From the IMG/VR virus record IMGVR_UViG_3300021424_000044, positions 1-54,408 of that record: a DNA stretch of 54,408 bases; one strand, written 5' to 3'. Under the pieces are notes generated by a model that worked only from the letters and a program-made list of their open reading frames with translations, was not told the DNA's origin and did no database searches. A program made the position numbers and the translations under genes. The stretch is from a virus. Lineage: Duplodnaviria > Caudoviricetes. Shown in pieces: positions 17,948-26,885 of this stretch (positions are counted from its first letter, which is position 1; each line of letters opens with the position of its first letter).

Positions 17948-18819
17948 TATGCAATTCTTCTTCGAGAATATTTTTTAAGTTGCATTAATTCGGTCTCCAA
18001 AAATCCAGTTTCGACGGTGGCCACACCTCGTGGATTTAGGTCTTTAACACCGACAACGTCATCGTGCATATTTTGCATTTCTCGTGTTGCGGCACGAAGA
18101 ATCATGAGTTTAAACATCTTGATGTTGTCACCATCTAGCCCACCCCTGTACGTAACCCTGATTATGTCGTTTGCAAAACCAGTGTAAATATCCAATCCGT
18201 ATCTGCGGACGGTGTAGTCACTTCCGTTTGCTGTTGCTGTTCCACCCGACGTGTAAGCACCAGTAACACCAGAATTAGCAATAGAAAAAGTATTAGTTGC
18301 TACGGCAGTGATTATTTTGGCATTGATATTGTATGTCGCTGGTGTTGCTCCCGTAATCGTTACGGTTTGACCAAGAGTAAATCCATGATTTCCCGCAGTG
18401 TAGGTTGCGGTTCCAGATGAAACTGTTGCAGCAGTAATTGTTGCGGTTCTCTTTACTGCCTCACCAAGGATTTTATTGTTGATTGTTGGTCCATCCATTT
18501 CAACTTTTGAAACAGAAACGATTGGTGTATGCCTCATGTAAATTGTGCTTGGCGGTGCTGCGTATGTGATAATTCCATTTGGGTCAGAATCCCCAAGGCC
18601 AAGTCCTTGATTATAAAAATAGGAACCCATTGGAACATTCACGTGGTTGGCTTCGAGAATGTGGGTCTCATCCACAAATTGAGTCACCTCGACAGGGCGC
18701 CCAAGATAGGTCTCCATTTCGCTTTGGAGGCCCTGCAGAATCATTTCTGCTGCGTCCTGTTGGCGCAAGGACAAAGATATGTCCATGTATGTCGTAAGGT
18801 CAGTAAGTGTTACCAACAT
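17947..18819 (-). CDS. Head-tail adaptor (gp6/gp15-like) with inserted beta-barrel domain (290 aa)
   Basis: LVTLTDLTTYM...METYLGR, PIVSVSKV, IRVTYRGG, ...LKKYSRR pattern. Confidence 0.75.
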   Translation of the reverse strand: MLVTLTDLTTYMDISLSLRQQDAAEMILQGLQSEMETYLGRPVEVTQFVDETHILEANHVNVPMGSYFYNQGLGLGDSDPNGIITYAAPPSTIYMRHTPIVSVSKVEMDGPTINNKILGEAVKRTATITAATVSSGTATYTAGNHGFTLGQTVTITGATPATYNINAKIITAVATNTFSIANSGVTGAYTSGGTATANGSDYTVRRYGLDIYTGFANDIIRVTYRGGLDGDNIKMFKLMILRAATREMQNMHDDVVGVKDLNPRGVATVETGFLETELMQLKKYSRRRIA

Positions 18820-18852
18820 CTAACTAACCTCCACTTAGGGGGCAAAGGCAAT

Positions 18853-19077
18853 TTAGCCTCTGCGGCGAAGACGACCGAGCAGGCCTCGTGCAAGTTCAGA
18901 TGCTCTTTCGGTTAGACGAGAAAGGCGGCGTCTTGTCTTGCCAGCGCGACCCTCATCCTCGTCACCTTTCTGGACAATAACGTCAAAGCAAACAACCATT
19001 CCTCTTATCTTGCCGTAATCAAGTGGCTTCTTTCCGCCACCCAAACCAAACTTTTCGTTGCGACCATCTAGAAACAT
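18853..19077 (-). CDS. Small basic hypothetical protein (74 aa, Arg-rich C-terminus)
   Basis: 3' part of ORF 18853..19239. AAGGAG RBS 9 nt before ATG 19077 and TGGTAAAAT promoter at 19131-19139. Confidence 0.55.
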   Translation of the reverse strand: MFLDGRNEKFGLGGGKKPLDYGKIRGMVVCFDVIVQKGDEDEGRAGKTRRRLSRLTERASELARGLLGRLRRRG

Positions 19078-19130
19078 TGGGATGAACTCCTTGGTTTTGA
19101 AGCGCAACACTTGACGAAGCGCTCCACCAA

Positions 19131-19139
19131 ATTTTACCA
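19131..19139 (-). promoter_or_regulatory. Extended -10 promoter (TGG-TAAAAT) for the neck operon
   Basis: Same 9-mer as 2373-2381, in the gap after the ibrB-like gene. Confidence 0.5.
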
Positions 19140-19159
19140 TTATTGGCGTAGCGACAGCG

Positions 19160-19714
19160 TTATCTATCTGAATTTGGGGGTCGCTCGGTCTCGATTGCCT
19201 CCACGGTGCCAGCAGGAGCCTCAATCGGAACCCATGCACGAGAATACTTGTGCTCTGAAATGTTTAATTTTTTGATAAGTGTTCCATCTAACAAAAGATG
19301 CAATTCATCGTATTTGATTGTCAATAATTTATCCAAATCCTCTTCTGAATACTTATTGCTATAAATCAAATCGCGAACCACTTTCGCAACCTTGTGTGCC
19401 ACAAGCGTGCCACGTCCGCGGTTTAATTGCAAATGCATGAGCGACGCTTCCAGGGTGTCGCATTCGCGAATGACACATGGAATTACATCGCCAATACGTT
19501 TGGCCATCTTTTCGTTTTCCTTCACCAACATCCATCGGTGGTAGCCATCAATAATCGCATTATCTGCCTTACGAACCAAAATTGGGAATATAAATCCATA
19601 TTGTTGAAGTGATGCAGAAAGCGTTAGTAGGTCTGGGCGAAGAACGTGATTGGAGTGCCAGTCGCCTTTCTTTAGTTCAGACACTGGTAGATATTCGGTG
19701 GCCACTAATCTCAT
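19160..19714 (-). CDS. ibrB: ParB/Srx N-terminal domain protein, IbrB-like (184 aa)
   Basis: SLQQYGFIFPILV...IIDGYHRW...LNRGRG motifs. Translationally coupled to the PAPS-reductase gene. Confidence 0.75.
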   Translation of the reverse strand: MRLVATEYLPVSELKKGDWHSNHVLRPDLLTLSASLQQYGFIFPILVRKADNAIIDGYHRWMLVKENEKMAKRIGDVIPCVIRECDTLEASLMHLQLNRGRGTLVAHKVAKVVRDLIYSNKYSEEDLDKLLTIKYDELHLLLDGTLIKKLNISEHKYSRAWVPIEAPAGTVEAIETERPPNSDR

Positions 19715-20853
19715 TCTTCCTCCATGTTCATTTCTGATGATTCAATTTCCCTAACTGAATGAACCCTGGTTTTGGGGCCTATCGGCGTCGCCGCAACCGA
19801 GGGTGCGATTGAGTGCATGAAGAGAGAATTTATCAACGCATAAATTGTGTATGACTTTGGGTCTTTGACCTGTTTGCGTCTATATTCTGCTACAAAAGCC
19901 ATTGCCCTCTGTTTTTTGGTTTCGCCAATCATGTATTCGTCAATGAATTCCTTAACGCCATCCCAGCCTCGCTTTGCATGCTGGGATATGAGCGCCTCTA
20001 TGTCAAAGACTGGCCAATATCTGTGTTGGGCATCTATGTATGGGAAGCACTCAACGAGTCGGTCATAAAACTCTGGCTCCGTGGCAACGACATCTCCAAT
20101 TCTACGAATCGCAGTTGCATGAAGTGGGATGCCAACTCTAGTGTTACTGCCAGTAACAGCAGCCCTGTCGTAGTACTCACAATACCGTTCGTTGTGCTCT
20201 TCGATAATAAATTTAAAAACATCAGCGGTCTGCCAATCATAAATAACCTTGGCGAACTTTAAGGGCATTTTGCGCTTCATCTTGTACGGCGTAACAATGT
20301 AGTTTTCGTGAAGTTTTTGTACCAGTGAGCGATATCTAACCATTGATTCATTTGCTCTAACCCCAGTTATGAATGCAACATTGCCTTTCTTACCCTGCAT
20401 GGTGTAGTAGTCGGGATGCTCTGGCATATATGTGTGCCCGCTAACTCCAAAATTCTTTGCCGATATTGAGTATGACGGCATTTCTCTAATTAGCCTGCCT
20501 TCGGCACGACGCTTTTCGCTCCACAAAATCACAGACTGTCGTCGCCCAAGTACCCATACCTCTGACCCGTGGGAAAGGCAATACCATTCCATATCTACCC
20601 ATGGCTTATCCCTGATGTATTCAACGTACTCAATTACCGCAGGACTAACCATTTCCTCGTCACGAAAAATAACTTTGACTGGACCAAGTCCACGTTCCTC
20701 GTGTACTTCCTTGGCCAACAAAAGAACGGCAGTGGAATCTTTACCGCCAGAAAACTGGACACAAACCGTATCGAAAGTGTCGTAAACATGGCGAATACGT
20801 TGACGCGCAGCCTCGACGCAATTGATGTCCAGAAATAGGCGTTGCCGTGTCAT
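19711..20853 (-). CDS. ibrA: PAPS-reductase (PP-loop) family protein, IbrA-like (380 aa)
   Basis: EAARQRI...FSGGKDS PP-loop, FRDEE, GVRANESMVR, IYDW..ADVF motifs. Confidence 0.8.
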   Translation of the reverse strand: MTRQRLFLDINCVEAARQRIRHVYDTFDTVCVQFSGGKDSTAVLLLAKEVHEERGLGPVKVIFRDEEMVSPAVIEYVEYIRDKPWVDMEWYCLSHGSEVWVLGRRQSVILWSEKRRAEGRLIREMPSYSISAKNFGVSGHTYMPEHPDYYTMQGKKGNVAFITGVRANESMVRYRSLVQKLHENYIVTPYKMKRKMPLKFAKVIYDWQTADVFKFIIEEHNERYCEYYDRAAVTGSNTRVGIPLHATAIRRIGDVVATEPEFYDRLVECFPYIDAQHRYWPVFDIEALISQHAKRGWDGVKEFIDEYMIGETKKQRAMAFVAEYRRKQVKDPKSYTIYALINSLFMHSIAPSVAATPIGPKTRVHSVREIESSEMNMEEE

Positions 20854-21644
20854 GCGTCTGTATGTGCGTCAATGAAATTGATTAGGCGCTCTGCGGTTGT
20901 TGTTCCGTCAATCGCTGGGTCATTGCGCAACCAACGAATAAAGTCGTACCAGCGACGCTGTTGTTCTGGTGAATCAAAAACGACCTGAACTGAAACTATT
21001 GCCTGGGGCGCCGAACCAGGAACAGCGACGGTGGAGCCCTGAAGGACTACGCTCTTTTGGTCAATATCCTTTGGTGCAATCAGTTTCGCTTCTCCGTCTT
21101 CGTCTTTTTGCGCAAGCGATGAAATTTGCTTTTCTACTTCCTCTGACACCTGTGTCGGTTGGGCAACAATCACTGGCGGAACATAGACGCTAGAAATTAT
21201 TTCGTCGTTTGCCTTCATTGTGGCTCGCTCGTCCATGGCGGCCATTTCGAATTCGTCCCACCCAAGACCACTCCATAGGTCACTAAAATCCTGTGAAACT
21301 TCTGTCAACATTTTCTGCAACATATCGTCATCGGTGTAGCCAAGTTCCATCGTTCGGTTGTCGGCTAGGGCGTATGCAATTGCTCGCTTGTCGTCGCCGT
21401 CAATAAATACAACTGCAATTTCATTCCATCCAAGTTGCTTGGCAGCCATAACCTGATGATTTCCCGCAACAATCGTCGCAGTGCCGTCGTCGTTTTTCTT
21501 GGCGACGATTGGCTTAATCTGTCCAAACTCTTGATATGAAGCCGCAATCGCGTTTACGTCGCCCTTGCGGGGGTTGTTGTTGAGGTGTACAAGTTGGTCA
21601 ATCGGGAACACCAATGATTTCAGCGAGGGATGGATGTTGCTCAT
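20850..21644 (-). CDS. ParB/Srx N-terminal domain protein (264 aa)
   Basis: NNPRKGDV.AIAASYQEFGQIKPIV...IVAGNH...ALADNRT motifs. Confidence 0.8.
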   Translation of the reverse strand: MSNIHPSLKSLVFPIDQLVHLNNNPRKGDVNAIAASYQEFGQIKPIVAKKNDDGTATIVAGNHQVMAAKQLGWNEIAVVFIDGDDKRAIAYALADNRTMELGYTDDDMLQKMLTEVSQDFSDLWSGLGWDEFEMAAMDERATMKANDEIISSVYVPPVIVAQPTQVSEEVEKQISSLAQKDEDGEAKLIAPKDIDQKSVVLQGSTVAVPGSAPQAIVSVQVVFDSPEQQRRWYDFIRWLRNDPAIDGTTTAERLINFIDAHTDA

Positions 21645-21979
21645 ACCTGTACCCGTACGTTTGCGTTCAAGGTTCGCAGTGAATCCATTGATGTTCGCAG
21701 GGAAAGAAGTTTTTCTCGTTTGGATTTAACCAGTGCCTCTGCAATTTTGTAGTCGTAATCAAAGTCGGCCATTTTGTAGTCGGCCCACGCTTCGCGTTCC
21801 TTGATGGAGCCCTTGGCTGACAGATACTCTTTGGCCCAATTTGCTTTATAAAGAGATTCTTTTTTGGCCGCGTCTTCAGCCAACTTTTCAAAGGCCTCGG
21901 TTTCTTCTTCAAGTAGGTCCATCATGCGCAACAACTCTTGCTCGATTTCTACTTGACTTATCGGAGCAGTTCGGACCAT
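21641..21979 (-). CDS. Helical hypothetical protein (112 aa), possibly a UvsY-like recombination mediator
   Basis: Coiled-coil sequence, AAGGAG RBS, recombination gene neighbourhood. The function is a guess. Confidence 0.55.
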   Translation of the reverse strand: MVRTAPISQVEIEQELLRMMDLLEEETEAFEKLAEDAAKKESLYKANWAKEYLSAKGSIKEREAWADYKMADFDYDYKIAEALVKSKREKLLSLRTSMDSLRTLNANVRVQV

Positions 21980-22518
21980 TTTGTATTTCTCCTTAGTGCT
22001 TTAAACAGTGGTTCCCAATCTACCTTTTGCAAAGCCGCCAACTGGTCTTTCGACCAGGAATACCACGATTCGTTCAATTTGGCGTAAGCCATCTGCTCCA
22101 GCACCCATGCATCGCATTCATCGTGGCTGTAACCTTCCACAAACCGCATTGGAAACTGCTTTTGTAATGATGCCAAAACGTCGGCTTTACTAGAATTGCC
22201 GTTGCCAGTCGCGAATTTGGCCCTGCACTTTGGGGGCACTTCAACAATTTCAAACCCAGCCTTATGTAGGGCCACCTTGACAACACCCCCCAACTCACCC
22301 AAAGAGTGGGCCCTTGAGAATCGCGACCCAAAGGAGTATCCCTCCACGACCACTGCTATGGATTGTGCCGTCAGAGCAGAACCTACGATTCGGTCTGATA
22401 TTTCTGCCAATCGCTCAACGCCACGCAGTTTTGATTTGATTGAAAAAGTTTGCCCATTGATGCTTACGCCAGTAGACGTAAGCGATAGGTCAAGGCCCAT
22501 CATTTTCGGATAATCCAT
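21958..22518 (-). CDS. ruvC: RuvC-like Holliday junction resolvase
   Basis: MGLDLSLTSTG, VVVEGYSF, LGELGGVVK, KFATGNGNSSKADV and HDECDA motifs. Start uncertain (22500-22536). Confidence 0.85.
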   Translation of the reverse strand: MDYPKMMGLDLSLTSTGVSINGQTFSIKSKLRGVERLAEISDRIVGSALTAQSIAVVVEGYSFGSRFSRAHSLGELGGVVKVALHKAGFEIVEVPPKCRAKFATGNGNSSKADVLASLQKQFPMRFVEGYSHDECDAWVLEQMAYAKLNESWYSWSKDQLAALQKVDWEPLFKALRRNTKWSELLR

Positions 22519-22546
22519 TTTAGCCAGGCTGCCCATGGCCACAAGA

Positions 22547-22861
22547 TTAGTTGCTGGGTGGCTTGTCCCAGTGATGCTTTGATAAACCCAAATCAAATGC
22601 TAATTGCGGGTATTTGCCAATCCTGTCATGACATTTTCTGCAGACAGCCAACAAGTTGGATTCATCCAGTATTGAGCCACCCTGTGAACGTCTAACTAAT
22701 TCGTGAATGTCCTGCGATGGATTTTGTTGATAAGTGACCTTGCCATCGTGTTTGGCAAACACTCCACAGGCTTGGCAATAGGGATATTTTTCAATAAGTT
22801 TGACAACCAAGGGTCTTCTTAGTTGATACTGCTGCTCTTTCTTTTTGCTGCGAAAGCGCAT
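22547..22861 (-). CDS. HNH endonuclease (104 aa)
   Basis: CQAC...DIHELVRRSQGG...NLLAVCRKCH. Confidence 0.85.
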   Translation of the reverse strand: MRFRSKKKEQQYQLRRPLVVKLIEKYPYCQACGVFAKHDGKVTYQQNPSQDIHELVRRSQGGSILDESNLLAVCRKCHDRIGKYPQLAFDLGLSKHHWDKPPSN

Positions 22862-23388
22862 TACAGATTGCTTTCGTTAATCCCCTCGAAGGCCCACTCG
22901 TTGTCCAATGCCCGCCACAACGCCCTATCAATTTCTGTTGCTTCAAGGTCGTATTCGTCAAGAAGCGAGCGATGCTTGGCAATTGCCTTTCTATAAAAGT
23001 TGGCATCACTGTTTAAAGTCAACGCATCGCGCTGAACGTGGTCAGATGTGCCAGTCTCAATCATTTGAGTTACATCATCAAGTCGTCGATTGACATGAAA
23101 CTTAAACCGTTCAATCTTCATTTTGTGCGACCTATATGCATAGTCAGCCTCTTGAGCGAGAATTACTCCATCTTCGCCCATGGAACCAAAGCGGCGCGCG
23201 TCTGATTCTTGGTCTGCTTCTATGTTTGAGATTTGATTATCAAGGTTTTGAATGAGCAACACCAATGCTCGTTGCCAGCGACTCCAATTTTCTGAAGCCA
23301 GCAAGGTCTGGCGCTGGCGGCTGGAAATCTTGTTTTTCACATCCTCGGATACGAGTCGTGCAAATTCATCATCTGTTATGTAACTCAT
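22861..23388 (-). CDS. Hypothetical protein (175 aa)
   Basis: Long ORF overlapping the start/stop codons of both neighbours. Confidence 0.7.
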   Translation of the reverse strand: MSYITDDEFARLVSEDVKNKISSRQRQTLLASENWSRWQRALVLLIQNLDNQISNIEADQESDARRFGSMGEDGVILAQEADYAYRSHKMKIERFKFHVNRRLDDVTQMIETGTSDHVQRDALTLNSDANFYRKAIAKHRSLLDEYDLEATEIDRALWRALDNEWAFEGINESNL

Positions 23389-24179
23389 CGTTTACCCCAT
23401 ACTGGACAAATTGGCTTGTAGGAACACCAATCACACAATTTAGATTTTACAGCCTCGAATTCACCAGTTTGACAACGATGGTCAATTTCTTCTTTGATGC
23501 GCGCAACCCTACCAATTGTTTTGGAAAGAGATTCGGGTGTCACTTCTTCTGTAAATTTCACACCATCACGAAGATAAATGAGTTCCAGTGACGTAACAGG
23601 AAATATCTGTATTTCTTGCATAATTGCCGCATAGATGCGCAACTGCTCAAACTTATCCGACACCCATTCAACGCGCGGCGTTTTGCCAGTTTTGTAATCC
23701 GAGATAGTCAACCCGTTATCGTCGTGCAACGATTTCGTGTAGCGGTCGATAAAGCCCTTGAGCATCACGCCACCAAGAGCGTGATTCAACTCGCTTTCCA
23801 AACCTATTGGATGGACTTTGGTTGGGTCTTCTACCAACCAAAGATTTTCTATACAGAACCACGCTTGCCACCTAAAATTAGAAATCTCGTCGGCGCGACG
23901 TAGATGGGTTTGGACTGTTTCTGCGTACTTATCCATATAGACACTGCGTGCTTGGTTGCGGGCAGTATCTTTCGTTCTAAATTCTGGCGAAAACGCATAC
24001 AGCGATTCCAGAACGTCATGCACGAAATTGCCCAAAATCGCTTCAATCCCTGGTTTATCTGGAATTTGGTCAATCTTGCTGAATCGAAATTTCAGCGGAC
24101 ATTGCTCAAACGTGGCCAATGAAGTTGGCGACAAATGTGGTGGCGGTATCAGTACCTGTTCACTCTTTGGCGGCAACAT
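23385..24179 (-). CDS. PD-(D/E)XK RecB/Cas4-like exonuclease (264 aa)
   Basis: LSPTSLATFEQCP, GNFVH..LE, GFIDR...DYKTG, QLRIY and C-terminal CDWC..KPICP (Fe-S-type Cys set). Confidence 0.88.
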   Translation of the reverse strand: MLPPKSEQVLIPPPHLSPTSLATFEQCPLKFRFSKIDQIPDKPGIEAILGNFVHDVLESLYAFSPEFRTKDTARNQARSVYMDKYAETVQTHLRRADEISNFRWQAWFCIENLWLVEDPTKVHPIGLESELNHALGGVMLKGFIDRYTKSLHDDNGLTISDYKTGKTPRVEWVSDKFEQLRIYAAIMQEIQIFPVTSLELIYLRDGVKFTEEVTPESLSKTIGRVARIKEEIDHRCQTGEFEAVKSKLCDWCSYKPICPVWGKR

Positions 24180-24816
24180 GACTACCGCTAAATTGTAGTC
24201 GAACTGCCTCGGCCAGAAGGGCGTCTAGTTCATCTGACGTCACCGTTTCTGCGCCTTTTGGTTTTGGCTTGTCTCCGTAGGTTGTTTTCCAAAATGCGCC
24301 GATTGCCTCTTTTTGGTCCTTGTTCAAACCAGCGGAAATGTTCTTGAAGTTTTCCCACTTTTGCTGGTGTTCGGAAAGAGGCGCACTGGATGCGTCAATA
24401 ACCTGCTCAATTTCCATTGCTTCTTCACTGCGGGCAAGGTAAAGACCGACACCAAATGTCTGCGCCGCCTTCTTCACGGCATCAGAAATGGCGCCCTTAA
24501 ATTCGTCGCCCAAGTCAAGGATTGCTCCAGCCTTGGTGCGCTTAATTTTCTGACCACCGATTCCGTCGCGGGTAATCGTGCTGAATTCAGTGAGAAAATA
24601 CTCAATGCGAACATGCGCTATCACAAAGTCTGGGTCGTTTGGGTCACGGTGACAACTCTGAATAGTCATTGACCACTTGTCAACGCCAAGTACTTTGTTG
24701 AGACGATTGATGACTTCACTGACGGGAATGTAGGTCAGATTGACCCCACCCTTATTGATTATCTTTTCCATCTCCTGCGGAAATGGTTCGGATAGACGAC
24801 TGTAGGTATCGCTCAT
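24160..24816 (-). CDS. Rad52/Sak-like single-strand annealing protein (218 aa)
   Basis: LTYI...VINRLNKVLG...W, KGAISDAVKKAAQTFGVGLYL motifs. Confidence 0.85.
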   Translation of the reverse strand: MSDTYSRLSEPFPQEMEKIINKGGVNLTYIPVSEVINRLNKVLGVDKWSMTIQSCHRDPNDPDFVIAHVRIEYFLTEFSTITRDGIGGQKIKRTKAGAILDLGDEFKGAISDAVKKAAQTFGVGLYLARSEEAMEIEQVIDASSAPLSEHQQKWENFKNISAGLNKDQKEAIGAFWKTTYGDKPKPKGAETVTSDELDALLAEAVRLQFSGSHVAAKE

Positions 24817-25319
24817 TTGTTCTTGTCCCCCAATCGGACGATGACGTTTGTTTTGTGTTCGCCTTGTTCGCAGTATAGGTCAGGGTTGATGCCCAGTTCC
24901 CCCAACTTGCCAACGCGCCAATACGAAACAGCAGCGTAATCAAGCAGTTTTTCAACCATTTGCGTTGCCGTCATGGTGCGCTCGCCAGTATCCATGTCAA
25001 CCGACATTTCATTCAGGCGTTCGGCTACTCGTGTTGCAAGTTTGCCGTGGTCCCATTTCTTGCGGTCTGTTGCGCTCTTCTTTTCAACGGAAGCGCCAGA
25101 CTGTGTTTCCACAAGGCCACGGTTGCCCATGAGCATGCCGACCTTGCCAGCAAATGAGTCGTAGATGATTCCCATGTCACGCTTGACCATGTTTAATTGC
25201 ACGAGCATCTCGCCCGCTTCTGCAATGTCTGGTGTTGTACGGATGTATTCATCCAGCAGGGCATCAATATCCATGATGTCCTTGCGCCATTTTTCAAATA
25301 CAGAAATATCAAGTGACAT
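24813..25319 (-). CDS. Hypothetical phage protein (~168 aa)
   Basis: AGGAG RBS before ATG 25319. KWDH...YWRVGKLGELGINPDLYCE pattern. Confidence 0.7.
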   Translation of the reverse strand: MSLDISVFEKWRKDIMDIDALLDEYIRTTPDIAEAGEMLVQLNMVKRDMGIIYDSFAGKVGMLMGNRGLVETQSGASVEKKSATDRKKWDHGKLATRVAERLNEMSVDMDTGERTMTATQMVEKLLDYAAVSYWRVGKLGELGINPDLYCEQGEHKTNVIVRLGDKNK

Positions 25320-25349
25320 TACCAATCTCCTAAGTAGTGGGTTATTAAC

Positions 25350-26657
25350 TCAGACTACGATACTGGCTTTACGTCTCTGTGGCAACCCCAAACCTGTTAA
25401 ATAATTGAATGCCCCCGTAGCCGAGTCAACTTGGTCATCATGGTTGGCGGATTCTGGGAATGAGGACAATTCGTCCAACCAATCGCCCAGCCATGCCCCC
25501 CTGACCACCCTGACATTGCCATTGGCGAGGGCGGCGGCAAAAGGCCGTGCTCTTGTGATTTTGTCGCCAGTTGACCGATTGGCCCCAAAATCAAAACCAG
25601 GCAACACGTATCGGGCGTATTGGTCTATTAGCGCCTTGCCAGACGAGCCAGGTTCTTGCTCCATCCTTATTGGGACGACAACGCCATCTTCGTAGGCGGT
25701 TTGGGCGACGAATTGTTCTACTTTATCTGCCTTAATCCTCTTCTTTTTTACGTCAAGAACATAAGAAATCCCTTGGTCAAAGAGCATCAATGTGCCAACC
25801 GTCCAGTCGGGGTCTGGTGTTGATTGGTTGGGTTCCGTGGCCGCCAAGTCCCAGAATCTGACCATTCTTGCTGACGAGGTAACCACTGGCACTTCGTCCT
25901 TATCTATTATTACAACTGACGTTCGGTCAAACATGCTGCCAAGCGTTGTGGACCACCAGTCTCCTTCTTCCAGTCTCTTGCGCTCTACAGGGTCCAACGC
26001 AGACAGTGCTTGACGATAAGAGTCGGCATCAATGCCTGGGTTGTCGGTCAGCCGCGACGGAACAAAAATTCTTCCCTTTTCTTGCCCCTCGACAATGAAC
26101 CTTTGGCGTACCCAGTTTGGCGCTGGGTTTGAGGCGCACCTCATGCGCAGGGGAACTGATGAAAGCGGCCCTGTCGCTGGTCTGCGAAGACGAGAAAAGA
26201 GGTAACGGTAGTCAGATTCCCTAATCTCTGTCACCTCGTCCATGCCTATGAATTGGAATTCAGAACCCTTATAACGCAAATAGTCATTTGTGTTATTTAG
26301 GTACCCGAACGAAACTCGCGCACTGGAGGGAAATGTTGCGACGAAACTGTTGTTGTTCCAATGTACGTCGTCATACTGCGTGACCCAAGTTCTGAATCTG
26401 TCCATCAAGGCGCCAGGAAGTGATAGGTCGGCGAAAGTTCTTCTGAACAAAATTGCAGAATACCCAGGGATATCAACATACTGAAGCGCTGCCATCAGCA
26501 AGGCAGAAGACTTGCCACCACCAGCCGCTCCGCCAAAAAGGGCCTCGATTGAGTATGTTCTTAAAAAAACCTTTTGATTTATTGACGGCTGTTCAGGACA
26601 ATATGAGGGTGCTTTTGGTTCTAGATATTCAAGAATTTTATTCCAGTCTTTAGTCAC
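25350..26657 (-). CDS. terL: Terminase large subunit
   Basis: Walker A GGAAGGGKS, Walker B IGMDE, ASNP motif, RFWDLAA and HDDQVDS nuclease motifs. Start placed at GTG 26657. Confidence 0.95.
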   Translation of the reverse strand: MTKDWNKILEYLEPKAPSYCPEQPSINQKVFLRTYSIEALFGGAAGGGKSSALLMAALQYVDIPGYSAILFRRTFADLSLPGALMDRFRTWVTQYDDVHWNNNSFVATFPSSARVSFGYLNNTNDYLRYKGSEFQFIGMDEVTEIRESDYRYLFSRLRRPATGPLSSVPLRMRCASNPAPNWVRQRFIVEGQEKGRIFVPSRLTDNPGIDADSYRQALSALDPVERKRLEEGDWWSTTLGSMFDRTSVVIIDKDEVPVVTSSARMVRFWDLAATEPNQSTPDPDWTVGTLMLFDQGISYVLDVKKKRIKADKVEQFVAQTAYEDGVVVPIRMEQEPGSSGKALIDQYARYVLPGFDFGANRSTGDKITRARPFAAALANGNVRVVRGAWLGDWLDELSSFPESANHDDQVDSATGAFNYLTGLGLPQRRKASIVV

Positions 26658-26698
26658 TCTCCAATCGTAGACCAAGATGTGCGCTAGTTTAGGACGAC
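26658..26698. promoter_or_regulatory. 41-bp divergent promoter region with two back-to-back TANNNT boxes
   Basis: TACGAT (minus, 26664-26669) lies 6 nt before the terL GTG. TAGTTT (plus, 26685-26690) lies 8 nt before ATG 26699. Confidence 0.45.
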
Positions 26699-26878
26699 AT
26701 GGACAAGGTGCTCGCATTTTTGCGCAGGGCAGTAAATAGAACTACCTTCGCGAATATCTTGATGTCGTCATTTATACTATTTACTGCGATAGGTGGCTTC
26801 CTTATAGCGCCGCCTATTGGTTTTATCGTCGCGGGAGTTACCTGTGGAGTTTTCGGATATCTGTTGGGCGCTGAGTAG
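26699..26878 (+). CDS. Small two-helix membrane protein upstream of portal (59 aa)
   Basis: Translated by hand: MDKVLAFLRRAVNRTTFANILMSSFILFTAIGGFLIAPPIGFIVAGVTCGVFGYLLGAE. Below the ORF-track cutoff. Such genes commonly precede HK97-type portals. Confidence 0.75.
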   Translation: MDKVLAFLRRAVNRTTFANILMSSFILFTAIGGFLIAPPIGFIVAGVTCGVFGYLLGAE

Positions 26879-26885
26879 TTAACAA

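Noticed and set aside
19078-19239. N-terminal part of the 128-aa ORF
   Set aside because: It overlaps the ibrB-like gene and spans a promoter. The RBS points to ATG 19077.
23385-24179. Cas4-like nuclease as a sign of CRISPR-Cas
   Set aside because: No repeat-spacer array or other cas genes were seen. It pairs with a Rad52/Sak annealase, the normal phage recombination module.
26658-26717. ORF-track terminase start at 26717
   Set aside because: It would overlap the divergent membrane gene starting at 26699. GTG 26657 with a -10 box fits better.
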